Source: Psammoneis japonica
Taxonomy: Eukaryota
Direction of reading: 5' to 3'
Length of the DNA stretch: 64,000 bases
Assembly (NCBI GenBank): GCA_008632985.1
Contig: QPGO01000092.1
Coordinates: 186,001 to 250,000, forward strand
This document shows, in pieces, positions 1 through 12,093 of this stretch (the stretch's first letter is position 1; each line of letters opens with the position of its first letter). The notes under the pieces were generated by a model. It had not been told where the DNA came from and did no database searches. It worked only from the letters and a program-made list of their open reading frames with translations. The translations under genes were made by a program, and so were the position numbers.

Positions 1-16
1 CGCGCCAATCCAAAAA

Positions 17-960
17 ATGGGACTCGATGAAAACAAATTTGGAGCAGTCGATAGTATGGTTGCCACAAAGCCTTCAAAAGTATTGTTGGATGAACAGTGT
101 GTCGTTGACGCGATGATTGGTCCTCTGCTCCATTTCCATCTTTCTCGATTCTTCTGTCCTTGGCTCGAGGACGACAACGAGAATAAAAATCGCGTCGTCA
201 CGTTCTCTTACAGTCGATTCCAATCTGTTGGTATAGAAAGGTTCGTAGAAGAAGTAAATTTGGTGTAGTGGGAGACTTCGTCACAGGCCTTGTCGGTGAT
301 GAATCGACAGTCTATGTTCCCGTCCCGGCAACTCTGAGCGTGATTGACTCGCCATTGGGACCCGCTGTCGAGGTTGTGTCATCTGGAATGAAACAACAGA
401 AAGATGTTCAGTTTGAAGATGATGCTTCGGATGTTGTCGTGCAGCCTGAACGGTGTGACGAGACTGATTTCACCACGAAGAACGTAGGAGAAGAGCAACA
501 GCTCGTAAGCAGGCTGCAAGTCCCTCTCGCCAAGATTGATGCGGTCGTCAGGGGAAACGGCTGCGATGGGATCGGCACCGGAAGATGCGATTGTGATGTT
601 AAGGTCTTTGGTCCTCCTTCAAAAGATCAGCTGATTGGGTTTGGAAAGAACCTGCTCCAATTCGATGTGTTGGGACAAGGCATTTCTTCTCATCGCTTGT
701 CTCCCGACGATCTGATTTCAAACCTAAACACAATGGTCAAAAGGAATCGTACCCGGCAAGCTAAAAAACAAGATGAAGAGTCAGTTTCATTCTGTGCTGA
801 TTCCTGCGGTCCTAGTCTGTTGCAGGCTGCGCTAGACTGTTGCCTTGATGACGCGAGTGAGAGCAGCATTCCGCAAGAGGTGATAATCACGCAACGGCAG
901 GAGCCATCAAATAATCAAGCACCTTCGATTGAGAAAGGAAAGGGACAACAAGAATCATAA
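17..960 (+). CDS. 3' part of a hypothetical protein (two abutting ORFs, probably one gene entering from the window edge)
   Basis: ORFs 17-268 and 268-960 overlap by one base and have coding-like acidic composition. No recognisable domain. Confidence 0.35.
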
Positions 961-1746
961 AGGGGTAAAAGGGTGAGCAGCATCGGAGATCAATGGCGTT
1001 CACACAACAAAGTGAAATGCACGTGTTTCGAAGGGTTCGATTCAGAGTATAGATTTTGCATTCAATGTAGCCACTGTTAGTAGATTATAAATGACTCACT
1101 CCGTCCTACAAATCGCGAACTTGCTGTAGACGACGTGCTCATGTGTATTCGTCGTCTTCATGCCGGTACAATCTCTCAGCTCTGCACGGGGCGGAAAAAG
1201 AATGCACGAACCCGTTTGGTCCAAACCCGAAACACCATGGATCAGTAGGTATGTTGACACTATATCTGCAGTCCACTCAATGTATTGGATCAGGGAACCC
1301 TTCGTGGCTTTTGCACATAGTGACATCGCTTGTATGGTAGTCGTCGTCAGGCGAGTTGATGTATGATAGCCTTCTTGTGATTTTGCGAGCTCGCCGCTCT
1401 CTCAATAATCTAAAATGATGGGTTCATTACACCTCTTGGTTTCTCATCTTCAGACGAGCAGTGTGGCATGGTATCAACTTTCTAGGCAAAACAGGCTGCA
1501 ACCAGCTCTACAAGTACGAAGTACGTACATGGAGGCTGCACGTGGATAGCCATGGTCATGGATAACACTTTTTGTACGACAAAATAAGCTGTTCACCGCA
1601 TAAGAAAAGGCTTGCAGGTCAAGATACGACAGTTTCTGGTGTCATGAACGAATCAACGCCACAACGATCTGAAGTAAACAACATGACGTAAATAACTGCG
1701 AGAGTCCAAGCCACTCCGACTTGAAACACTTGACTGTTTATTCTCT

Positions 1747-2389
1747 CTAGATATCATCGAAATCAATACCAATATCATCATTGTCATCATCTCCCGTCAT
1801 GGCCATATCGACTGCTGTCTCATTAATACGCGCCGTTTCTGGCAGTTCTCCGTATTGTTTGAGATTACGAGCTTCATCTGCCGTGTACTTGTGTATAATA
1901 TCCACCTTTTCGTCTTGGAAATCTCTCTTTCCCACCAAGACAATGTCTCCGGCTGTAATCCAAACCTTTTTCCTCATTTTTCCACGGATATGTCCGAGCC
2001 TCGTGACACCGTCAAAGCAAAAGCATTCGCATCGTCCGTTGCCCAGCATTTTCACAACCTGCGCGTATTCCTGACCCTCCTCCTTGAACTCTAATTCACG
2101 CTTGGACTCCTCTCCGTCTCCCTTTCCTCTCCTGCGGTTCTTTCCGCCCTTTCCTGTAATTGTAAAAGAAGGGATATGGCAGACATATGAGATGGAGAAA
2201 GAGAGATGTGTGATTCGAAGTTTGAAGCTTCCAAAAAAGTAGGAGGGAATCGCTGTGTGGTACAAAAAACACGTGCAATCTACGCGACGGGCAATTTTTT
2301 TTCTCTCTGCAGAAAAACAACAGAGCCGACACCAAAGATTGCTTGATGATTCATTTTTCTCCACCATACTCACCTTTAGGCTTTGGCAT
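1747..2389 (-). CDS. EIF1A: Eukaryotic translation initiation factor 1A
   Basis: Exon 1 ATGCCAAAGCCTAAAG (2389-2374), GT..AG intron 2373-2154, then [11 protein letters not shown]...[18 protein letters not shown]...[12 protein letters not shown]...[12 protein letters not shown] and an acidic tail. Confidence 0.97.
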
Positions 2390-2530
2390 GTTGCTCTTTC
2401 TATCTCTTGGTGCTTTCGCTTCTTCTTTTGTCAATTCAAAACAGCCTCTTGTGATGAAGTTGAACTCTTCAATCCCACACACGTTGCGGTCGTGCTGTTC
2501 GAATTTTCTTGTTGGTTAGCAATGATGCGT

Positions 2531-5154
2531 CAGAGTTGGATAAATGCTGTGTGATGATGCTCAGGAAGCGTAAAGACTCATAACCACTCAGAATGCTGTA
2601 CACTACCTAACGAGTACGGGAGGTTCTCAACAACCCAAGAGGCAAAGAAATTACCACTCGGCCAATTGTTGAGTCCCTTCTCCGCACACACATTTAGGCA
2701 TGTGTTGTGCACAGCATCATCACACAGCATTTATCCAACTCTCCCTCTCGTCGCAGGATGGGTCATCGCCATGTGGCGCATCCGCACGGCGGACTTACGA
2801 AATTTTGACCATGCACTCCCTCTGTTGGGCAGGCGGATGGGTCAGCGCCATGTGGCGCATCCGGCCAATGCCAAGGGAGGAGTGGGTTCGAAGCCCAACC
2901 GCCCACCCCGGATGGAGTTGGAAAGGGGCAGGCCGAGAAAGAAAAGGAGGCTTGGATTTGAGGCCGACTCGAGCCAGCGACCTCAGGAAGCGCAAAGACT
3001 CATGGCCACTCAGAATGCTGCACACCACCTGACGAGTGCGGGAGGTTCTCAACAACCCAAGAGGCAAAGAAATTGCCACTCGGCTGGTTGTTGAGTCCCT
3101 TCTCCGCACACACATTTGGGCATGTGTTGTGCACAGCATCATCACACAGCATTCACCCAACTGCTCAGAATGCTGTGCACCACCTGACGAGTGCGGGAGG
3201 TTCTCAACAACCCAAGAGGCAAAGAAATTGCCACTCGGCCAATTGTTGAGTCCCTTCTCCACACACACATTCAGGCATGTGTTGTGCACAGCATCATCAC
3301 ACAGCACTCATCCAACTCTCCCTCTCGTCGCAGGATGGGGTGTCGCCTTGGGGCGCATCCGCACGGCGGACTTACGAAATTTTGACCATGCACTCCCTCT
3401 GATGGGCAGGCGGATGGGTCAGCGCCATGTGGCGCATCCGGCCAATGCCAAGGGAGGAGTGGGTTCGAAGCCCAACCGCCCACCCCGGATGGGGTTGGAA
3501 AGGGGCAGGCCGAGAAAGAAAAGGAGGCTTGGATTTGAGGCCGACTCGAACCAGCGACCTCAGGAAGCGTGAAGACTCATGACCACTCATGATGCTGTGC
3601 ACCGAGTGTGGGAGGTTCTCAACAACCCAAGAGGCAAAGAAATTGCCACTCGGCCAATTGTTGAGTCCCTTCTCCGCACACACATTTGGGCATGTGTTGT
3701 GCACAGCATCATCACACAGCATTTGTCCAACTCTCCCTCTCGTCGCAGGATGGGGTGTCGCCTTGGGGCGCATCCGCACGGCGGACTTACGAAATTTTGA
3801 CCATGCACTCCCTCTGATGGGCAGGCGGATGGGTTGGCGCCATGTGGCGCATCCGGCCAATGCCAAGGGAGGAGTGGGTTACAGCATTCTGAGTGGTTAT
3901 GAGTCTTTACGCTTCCTGAGGTCGCTGGTTCGAGTCGGCCTCAAATCCAAGCCTCCTTTTCTTTCTCGGCCTGCCCCTTTCCAACCCCATCCGGGGTGGG
4001 CGGTTGGGCTTCGAACCCACTCCTCCCTTGGCATTGGCCGGATGCGCCACATGGCGCCAACCCATCCGCCTGCCCATCAGAGGGAGTGCATGGTCAAAAT
4101 TTCGTAAGTCCGCCGTGCGGATGCACCCCAAGGCGACACCCCATCCTGCGACGAGAGGGAGAGTTGGACAAATGCTGTGTGATGATGCTGTGCACAACAC
4201 ATGCCTAAATGTGTGTGCGGAGAAGGGACTCAACAATTGGCCGAGTGGCAATTTCTTTGCCTCTTGGGTTGTTGAGAACCTCCCGCACTCGGTGTGCAGC
4301 ATTGTGAGTGGTCATGAGTCTTTACGCTTCCTGAGGTCGCTGGTTCGAGTCGGCCTCAAATCCAAGCCTCCTTTTCTTTCTCGGCCTGCCCCTTTCCAAC
4401 CCCATCCGGGGTGGGCGGTTGGGCTTCGAACCCACTCCTCCCTTGGCATTGGCCGGATGCGCCACATGGCGCTGACCCATCCGCCTGCCCAACAGAGGGA
4501 GTGCATGGTCAAAATTTCGTAAGTCCGCCGTGCGGATGCGCCACATGGCGACAACCCATCCTGCGACGAGAGGGAGAGTTGGACAAATGCTGTGTGATGA
4601 TGCTGTGCACAACACATGCCCAAATGTGTGTGCGGAGAAGGGACTCAACAACCAGCCGAGTGGCAATTTCTTTGCCTCTTGGGTTGTTGAGAACCTCCCG
4701 CACTCGTCAGGTGGTGTGCAGCATTCTGAGTGGTTGTGAGTCTTTACGCTTCCTGAGGTCGCTGGTTCGAGTCGGCCTCAAATCCAAGCCTCCTTTTCTT
4801 TCTCGGCCTGCCCCTTTCCAACCCCATCCGGGGTGGGCGGTTGGGCTTCGAACCCACTCCTCCCTTGGCATTGGCCGGATGCGCCACATGGCGCTAACCC
4901 ATCCGCCTGCCCATCAGAGGGAGTGCATGGTCAAAATTTCGTAAGTCCGCCGTGCGGATGCGCCCCAAGGCGACACCCCATCCTGCGACGAGAGGGAGAG
5001 TTGGACAAATGCTGTGTGATGATGCTGTGCACAACACATGCCTAAATGTGTGTGCGGAGAAGGGACTCAACAATTAGCCGAGTGGTAATTTCTTTGCCTC
5101 TTGGGTTGTTGAGAACCTCCCGTACTCGTTAGGTAGTGTACAGCATTCTGAGTG
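2531..5154. repeat. ~422-bp unit tandem array arranged as a large inverted repeat (about 3 units forward, then about 3 units reverse)
   Basis: ctcaggaagcg recurs at ~2560, 2982 and 3559 (a 155-bp internal duplication lies at ~3011-3165). Its reverse complement gcttcctgag recurs at 3911, 4326 and 4748. Orientation switches at ~3880. Confidence 0.95.
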
Positions 5155-5438
5155 TCAGTCGTGCGTCGGTGAGGTGGGCAATTCTACGTGAGTTCACTAC
5201 TAAAAACAACGTATGTAGCCTTCGTACAAATTTGTATGGGCAATTGAAGGCGATGGATGGACAGACGCTACCGCTTACTTGTTTTTTCCTGTGTAGGGTT
5301 GTATGAAAGACGCGTGTATGTAGAAATGTACTGCCGTGATGGTGGATCGTCGACCGCACGCTTTTCATCACGACGACGCTTGCACAGAGCAACCCAGACA
5401 AAAACCGTGTCTTTTATCGTTGCTTATTCACGTTAACC

Positions 5439-6384
5439 ATGGTCAGTAGTAATACTCGCACGTTGGCTTGATGGAAAATGAGTGTTGCATATCGTGTGAT
5501 AGTGGGAATTGCAACTGATTGATCGGGTAGCGGCGACACAACATTATCGTCATGGCGGCATGTTTTTCTCGTCGTCGTTGGAATTGGTACTGAGTGCTTT
5601 GTCTGTCCGTCGAGATGATTGTGAAGGACCATAAGAAAGTGTGAAGCGGTCGACCACGGTGGTTCTGATCTCATATGGCTTTACAATTCCCCCGTATGCC
5701 CTAGCACTATTGATGTTGAGTTGTAATGTAGTTCTTCTCACATTTTCACGCTTTTTTTTTCTGTTGAAAAATTGTGATTCAGGGTATTACACGCGAAGGC
5801 CGCCACAAGCGTCGTGAGACGGGAGGACGTCGGGAAAAGTTCCGCAAGAAGCGCAAGTTTGAAATGGGACGCCCGGCTGCCATGACCAAGATTGGCGAAA
5901 AGCGCGTCCATGTCGTACGATGCATGGGAGGAAACCTCAAGTTTCGAGCCTTGAGGTTGGACAGTGGTAACTTTTCGTGGGGTACCGAGGTTTGCACGCG
6001 CAAGGTGCGTGTGTTGGATGTGACCTACAATGCCTCCAACAATGAATTGGTCCGTACCAAGACTTTGGTCAAGGGAGCTATTGTGTTGGTGGATGCTCAC
6101 CCCTTCAAGACGTGGTATGAGTCACACTATGGTGTCAAATTGGTGTCAAAAAGCAGGCACAGCAATCGACGGAAGAGGAGACCAAGCAATCCAACCACGT
6201 CAAGGCCAAGATGGCTTCCCGCCAAAAGAACCGTTCTCTTGAAGGCGCCCTTGACCACCAGTTTGCTTCTGGACGTCTTTTTGCCAAGATCACATCCAGG
6301 CCTGGACAGAGTGGGCGATGCGATGGTGTTATTCTTGAAGGACCGGAGCTTGCCTTTTACCAGAAACAGATGGCAAAGAAATAA
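5439..6384 (+). CDS. RPS8: 40S ribosomal protein S8 (eS8)
   Basis: ATG|gtcagt intron 5442-5782 (start exon inferred), then [15 protein letters not shown]...[19 protein letters not shown]...[17 protein letters not shown]. After a 1-nt shift near 6143 the frame gives [22 protein letters not shown]...K* (TAA 6382-6384). Confidence 0.95.
5612..5672 (+). ncRNA. Candidate intronic box C/D snoRNA in RPS8 intron 1
   Basis: Terminal stem gaga/tctc encloses a C-like box ATGATTG (5615) and a D box CTGA (5665-5668), inside an unusually long r-protein intron. No target identified. Confidence 0.3.
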
Positions 6385-6431
6385 GTATTGTTTCTAAGAG
6401 AAAATAAACTATAATTGTAGTGTAAAGAATT

Positions 6432-7523
6432 TTATTGTGCTGTCTTTTGGTTTGTTGTTGTAGTGTCGCTTATGGTAGTCGCTTTATTCTCTCTACAGTA
6501 GAGAGTAGTTGAGTAAGCCTTGAGTTCATCGTTCACTTCCAGAGCTTGCCGGTACGCCCTCAAAGACCAGCAAGCATGTTCCGTGTAATCTTCCATGAGC
6601 CAGACAGTATTTCGCACTAGTGATACGTGAGTGAGAGTGACACAATGTTGATCACAATCAGCAATGGACCGAACAATATTTGGCAACACCTGTTCATTGT
6701 AGTTAATCATGAGCTTCCTCGTAGCGTCGTGGTGCTCCGCACTTGCATTGGAAGGTAAGCCAATGACTCGACCAATGGTGACATGAATGAGATTCTTTGG
6801 TCGAGTAGTGAGCTCGCCACCCAAAACATCAATGGCAATGTCAGCCGAAGAAGTTCGCAAGTGCGCGTACCGTGATTCTGAACTTGGCTGCTCTACAAAA
6901 CCAGCAATCATGGCTCCGTCCGGCGTCCACAGAATGGAGTCCAACATCAAGACTGGGCATGAGCAATGTTTTGAATGGTATTCCGATAGACGAGTTTCTA
7001 GTACTTGTCGGAGCTCGTCGTCGATTGGACGCCAATTTTCCTCATCTTGTTCTGAATGTAGCAAGCTTGGGTGTTCGTGAAAGATGGACACGCAAATGTG
7101 ATGAGACGACTCGTGTGGTCGAAAAATAAAATTATCCATGTCTTTCTCTTTTTGATTTTAGAATATCATTTTTCACTGTTGCGCAAAACGTGTCGAATGC
7201 CTCGCTGCATTTCGCGAGAATCTGTCGTGCGTCGGAATTGGGACAAAGCATGGCAAAGACACCAATCGGACCGTGCTTTCAAAATTAGGAGGGCGAAGCT
7301 TTCCATCTGAAGACTTTTTCAACTTCTTACAAAATTTCTTCGAGTCGGGCCACGCAGGTGTCGCTACGGCATCCGCACAAATCTTGGCATACGTTTGGGA
7401 GAGGGCATTATCGTAGCTCTCAACTTGGTTGCGTCTTGGGCGATGCTCAGAAAAAGCTGCAGCATGATGTACGGTTTTCATAATGCCATGGAAGAGCACC
7501 CACACAAGTAGGAAGTTCCGCAT
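6432..7523 (-). CDS. Hypothetical secreted/organellar protein, possibly 2H phosphoesterase-like
   Basis: Signal-like start MRNFLLVWVLF at 7523. Downstream ORF 6432-7139 has two spaced His motifs (HICV, HVTI) resembling 2H HxT motifs. Exon joining is uncertain. Confidence 0.4.
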
Positions 7524-7898
7524 TCGACGAGCAGGTGACGCGGTGCGCCTTATCGCCGGACTTTTCTTCTCATCATCGTCTCTCTCCGTTGGTTCCACTT
7601 TTTCGAATTGACAAATGTGTCTGATTTCTTGTAATTTGTCGCAATTGTATACCCTATAGACACAAAACATGATACTAATCCGTTGAAATAGGTATAGCTA
7701 CATTAAGCGTGTCATAAATGTATAAAGAGTTATAGCGCGAGGCGTCGTAGAAAAGACAGTTGATAGAGGCGCTCAAAATTTCAAATTTTTTGTGAGACCG
7801 AGCTGAAATCTCTTTCGTCCCATCATTTTCACCATGAAAGCGTAGCAGCGATGGATGACCTTTTGTGACTCTTCAAGAAAGAAGAATATCACTAGGTC

Positions 7899-10800
7899 GT
7901 GGAAACTTTGAGCATGTTTGACACATCGATTAGAAGCTTTCAAGAGAGAAGAAGAAGGAGACGGGACACTTACTTTGAGCCAACCGGCAAAGCGCACGCA
8001 AACGCTGCAAAAGCGTTGAAAGAAAACCCCGAGTACGCGAAGTATTCCAGACTGTTAAAAATTGGTATACCTACTGCAATGGTGAAGTTTGAGATTGAGC
8101 GTGATGGAAAAGATCCGTCTATTGTGAACTTGCCGGACAACGGCGTCTCTCCATCTCTTTCCAGGGACGATCAAGATGCAAAGTCGCAACCGGACATCTC
8201 CACTACCCGTAAATCGAGGGAAGCGTCACAACGAGCCAATATATATGAGATTGCAAGTGCATGTCAACAAACGAGGAAAGGTTCTTTAGGAGTTTTTCTT
8301 CAGAAGAAGCGGCCCAGTCTCAGATTTAGGGATCACGAAGTGGTTTCAATGAATGGCTCACTCAATCACCAGCAGGGTAGAAGAGATTCACCGTTACCGA
8401 AACTTGAAGAGGAGAAGCATATAGATGATTCAGACACGTCTGAAACTGCAAGCTTGTCCAACTCGCGAACGAGTATTGGTGACGCGGAAATACATCCAAT
8501 GAAAGAATCACGGTCGTTCGAGAAGGAGAGTATTGGTTGTCATCATAGCGCACACGAGGTAGTCAATGACAAACTGTGGGCTCATCGACAAACCATCATC
8601 GGTGAGAGAAAAAGTTCAACGGAGGCGTCAACCTTCATCGACGTTGCCGGCGATGATAGGCTACGCCGAGAAAACTTCTATAAAGTTGAAGGAAACGAAA
8701 GCTTGACTGAAAGGGTTGGTGGTTTAAGGGAAGTTTTTGTGAAAGCTTCTGACGATGGTAGCGACACAGAGGATTCATGTTCAAGTCTTCCTCAACAGCT
8801 TCTATCATCGTCATTATTGAGCAACGTAATGAATGAAGTGTCTCCAATCGAAGAAACGAACGGACATGAACTTCCTTTACGAGAAGATCCTCGATTCTCC
8901 AAGTATTTTAAAATGCTGAAGACAGGTGTACCGAAAGATGCAGTGAAGCATGCCTTAAAGCGAGACAATAAAGATCCCGGAATCATTGACCTCGACCCCA
9001 ACAAAAGTCATGAGTCCCAATGCAAAGTAGAGGATGCTACGGTCCGCGAAGACGAAGGAAGCAACAATGAGGATCCATACACAGAACTTCTTGAACAGCT
9101 TTTATCGCCGTCAATATCGAGCAGCCTTACCAGAGCGGTTTCTCCAATAGAAGAAAAAAACGGACGTGAAATTCCTCTACGAGAAGATCCTCAGTTCTCC
9201 AAGTATTTTAAAATGCTGAAGACCGGAGTACCGAAAGATGCGGTGAGGCATGCCTTGAAGCTCGACAATAGAGACCCCGGAATCATTGACCTTGACCCCG
9301 AGAAAAGTCATGAATCGCAACGCAAAATGGGAAAGGCTACCACAGGCAATGGCGATGGTAGCTACACGAAGGATCCGTACTCAGAACTCCTGCAACAGAT
9401 CCTAGCACCTTCAACGTCAACCAGTGCCATTAAGGGCACGCCAACGGAAGAAGAAACAAACAGCTGTAAAATTTCTCTGCAAGATGATCCTAAGTTCTCC
9501 AAGTATTTCAAAATGTTGAAGAGGGGTGTACCGAAAGATGCCGTGAGGCACGCGTTACGGCGTGACAACAAAGATCCGGGAGTCATTGACCTCGACCCCT
9601 TCGAAAGTCATGATTTCCAACGCAAATTAGTGGATACAACGGCCTGCGACAACGAAGGAAGCAATCTTGGGCCTCAAACAGCGACAAAATGTAGGCCAAC
9701 AATGGCCCAATGCGAGTCAGAAGTGAAAAGCTTATGTCAAGCTACTCCATCGAGTGAGCCTTCAGTAAACTTGACAACAACAGCCAGACCTTTCCGTCGG
9801 AAAAAGCTATATTGGACACCAATTGACACCAACAAAATTCATAAACGGACTATTTGGGCGCATTGTAGGGCTGATTTCTCCATCGAATCCCTAAAATATG
9901 ACGTTAAGGAGTTCGAACGACTTTTTATGGAAATCAATCGTCCAGCAGCAACGACGAATGCCGTAGGTGGCGGACAACGTCCGTTGATAAAACAGAAGAA
10001 AGGAGATCGATTTATTGATAGCAAGAAAGGGCTGAACGGTGGGATCATTCTCTCGAGGCTCAACATTGAATACTCCAAGCTTGCACACATGATTGATACA
10101 ATGTAAGGACCATTTTGATCGCCACATAATCGTCTTTGTGACCCATTCCGTAACTCACAACATTTATTTCCGCTGCGAAGGGACTACGGAAACCTCAATC
10201 CTATGCAGTTGCAATCAATAAAGAAAATATTGCCATCTTACGATGAAAGAAAGGCACTCTTTGAGTACGTCAGCGTCAACAACGCTTCAGCCGACAAGTT
10301 AGAAATGGCTCTGCACGATTTGAGTGAATGTGAAAAATTCATGGTTGCAATGCTGGATGTGCGTAGGCCGACGGAAAAGCTTGATTGCATGATCTTCCGC
10401 GACACGGTTTACGACCGATTAGATGAACTTGTTATCGCGTTCAACATTGTGCGCCAGGCATGCAATGAAGTCATGTCTTCTATGAGACTTAGGAAACTGT
10501 TCGCAATGATACTCACCGTTGTTAATCATATCAACACCGGTAGCGAGGGACGTTTGGTAGCAGGTTTCAGCTTGGACACTCTGCTAAAGCTTGGACACTC
10601 AAAAGCATTTGACAAGAAAACGACTATTCTTCAGTATCTCGTCAAAGTAACCAAAGAGAATGACGAGTCTTTGCTGTTTGTGAGAAGCGATATAGAATCG
10701 GTAGAGAGAGCATCCAGCATCCAGCTAGACAACCTGAATGCCGATCTCAAGACCCTACGAGATGAGCTTTACGAGGTCCAAAAATTCGTCAGTGACGACG

Positions 10801-11093
10801 ACCTCATTGTCGATGAAGAAGAAAGCGTGAGCGTTGAAAAGGACGTTGCTGATGACAAAAAGAATCCAATGAAAAGTTTCATATCGCGGGCGGCATCAGC
10901 TGTACAGGGTGCAGACAAAGCGTTTGATGAATTGAAGAGAAAGTATTCAAGAGCTCTGGATTACTACGGCCAAGACTCCCAAATGCCAAGCGAAGAGTTC
11001 TTCGGTACACTTCAGAAATTCGTGCGAGAGTTTGATGCGGCAGCAGGAAACATAGCAGCGTCGATAACGGGGAAAGCTCGCTCAGGGGGGTAA
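7899..11093 (+). CDS. Formin (FH2 domain) with four CCDC53/WASH-like 'DPxFSKYFKMLKxGVP' repeats
   Basis: RRKKLYWTPI, FIDSKKGLNGGIILSRL, GFSLDTLLKL, KTTILQYL and EEFFGTLQKFVREF are FH2 motifs. Intron 10103-10180. Repeats at ~8015, 8877, 9177 and 9477. Confidence 0.88.
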
Positions 11094-11367
11094 GGTAAGA
11101 AGTTGAGTAGTTGTTCATTTGGCAACACCTGGGTGAGCGCAGGCCAGGCACGCTGGGAAGGAAAGGTCCATAGGCCCTCTCTACTAGAGCCTACCAGGTA
11201 CTATGATGTTTGATTTCAACGCAGAGAACTGGAACTTATATCGTACAAGGAGTAACGTGAGCCAATTGGGTCATTATGATTTAGGTATTGTTTATCTTTA
11301 TCTATTGGGCATCTCGAGTTCAGCGTGCTTCTCCCTTTAGCATTGAGTTGAGGGTGGTGAGAACGAC

Positions 11368-12093
11368 TTACGGCGTAGCAGTAGGAATCAAAGTAGTGAC
11401 AAACGGAGTGATCCAATCCTCAGCCTGGTTAAAAACTTGCGATATGCTCAGACCTTCTGTTTGAAGTCGTTGTTCGAAGAGGTCATTCGAATTTTCCACG
11501 TTTGCCAATACCATGCTTCCAGACGTATCAATGAATACTCCAACAAATTCGATTCCAGACGGGATCATGTCAATCTGACAAATGTTGTACCAATCCGAGA
11601 AAGGGGGTGCAACACTCCCTACAACATTGTCGTTGCCGTCCTCGCGGGTTACTTCAGCGAAGATGGTCCGTGGATCCGACAGAAACGCAGGCGGAAGGTG
11701 CAGTGCTGTTGAAGCCTGTGCGGGATTCGTCTGTGGTTGAAGCAAACAAAAGGGGCGAGTGGGGAATTCCCTACGGAATTCAGCCCACTTATTATCGAAT
11801 GCCGCGTTGGAGTCGTTGTCAGCCTCGTCGATCACTGCAACGCACGGTACCAACAGTTCGACAGACCGACATGCTCCGTCAAAAGGATCACAAGCTTCTT
11901 CGTCCGAACATTCTTCGGCGCACGGAATCGCACCTTCCTGCATGTTACCACTCTTTTTTCCGCTTTTCTTTCCACTCTTCTTTTCGCCGCTGGTATATGC
12001 TCCACTTTTCTTCCCGCCTTTGCCTGCTGATGCGACTGAGATAAGGTTCAGCAAGACCAAGCTTACTGTCAGAGAAGAGAATTTCAAATTCAT
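11368..12093 (-). CDS. Secreted protein with Lys/Gly/Ser KxxK repeats and a vWA-like DTSGSM motif
   Basis: Signal peptide MNLKFSSLTVSLVLLNLISVASA followed by GKGGKKSG...GEKKSGKKSGKKSG, a Cys cluster and FIDTSGSM. Confidence 0.7.
   Translation of the reverse strand: MNLKFSSLTVSLVLLNLISVASAGKGGKKSGAYTSGEKKSGKKSGKKSGNMQEGAIPCAEECSDEEACDPFDGACRSVELLVPCVAVIDEADNDSNAAFDNKWAEFRREFPTRPFCLLQPQTNPAQASTALHLPPAFLSDPRTIFAEVTREDGNDNVVGSVAPPFSDWYNICQIDMIPSGIEFVGVFIDTSGSMVLANVENSNDLFEQRLQTEGLSISQVFNQAEDWITPFVTTLIPTATP

Noticed and set aside
3029..3075. Hammerhead ribozyme core (CTGACGA...GAAA), i.e. a retrozyme interpretation of the tandem unit
   Set aside because: I could not form stem II or III, and the edge copies read CTAACGA, so CTGACGA appears to be a product of TA->TG.
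2666..5045. Many overlapping ORFs in the 422-bp array
   Set aside because: They occur in all frames with no recognisable domain and are explained by loss of TAA/TAG in a GC-rich repeat.
2531..5154. CRISPR array or functional tRNA cluster
   Set aside because: Units are ~422 bp with no unique spacers, the context is eukaryotic, and no acceptor or anticodon stems are visible.
6130..6160. Programmed frameshift in RPS8
   Set aside because: Similar indels occur in many unrelated genes, so assembly error is simpler.
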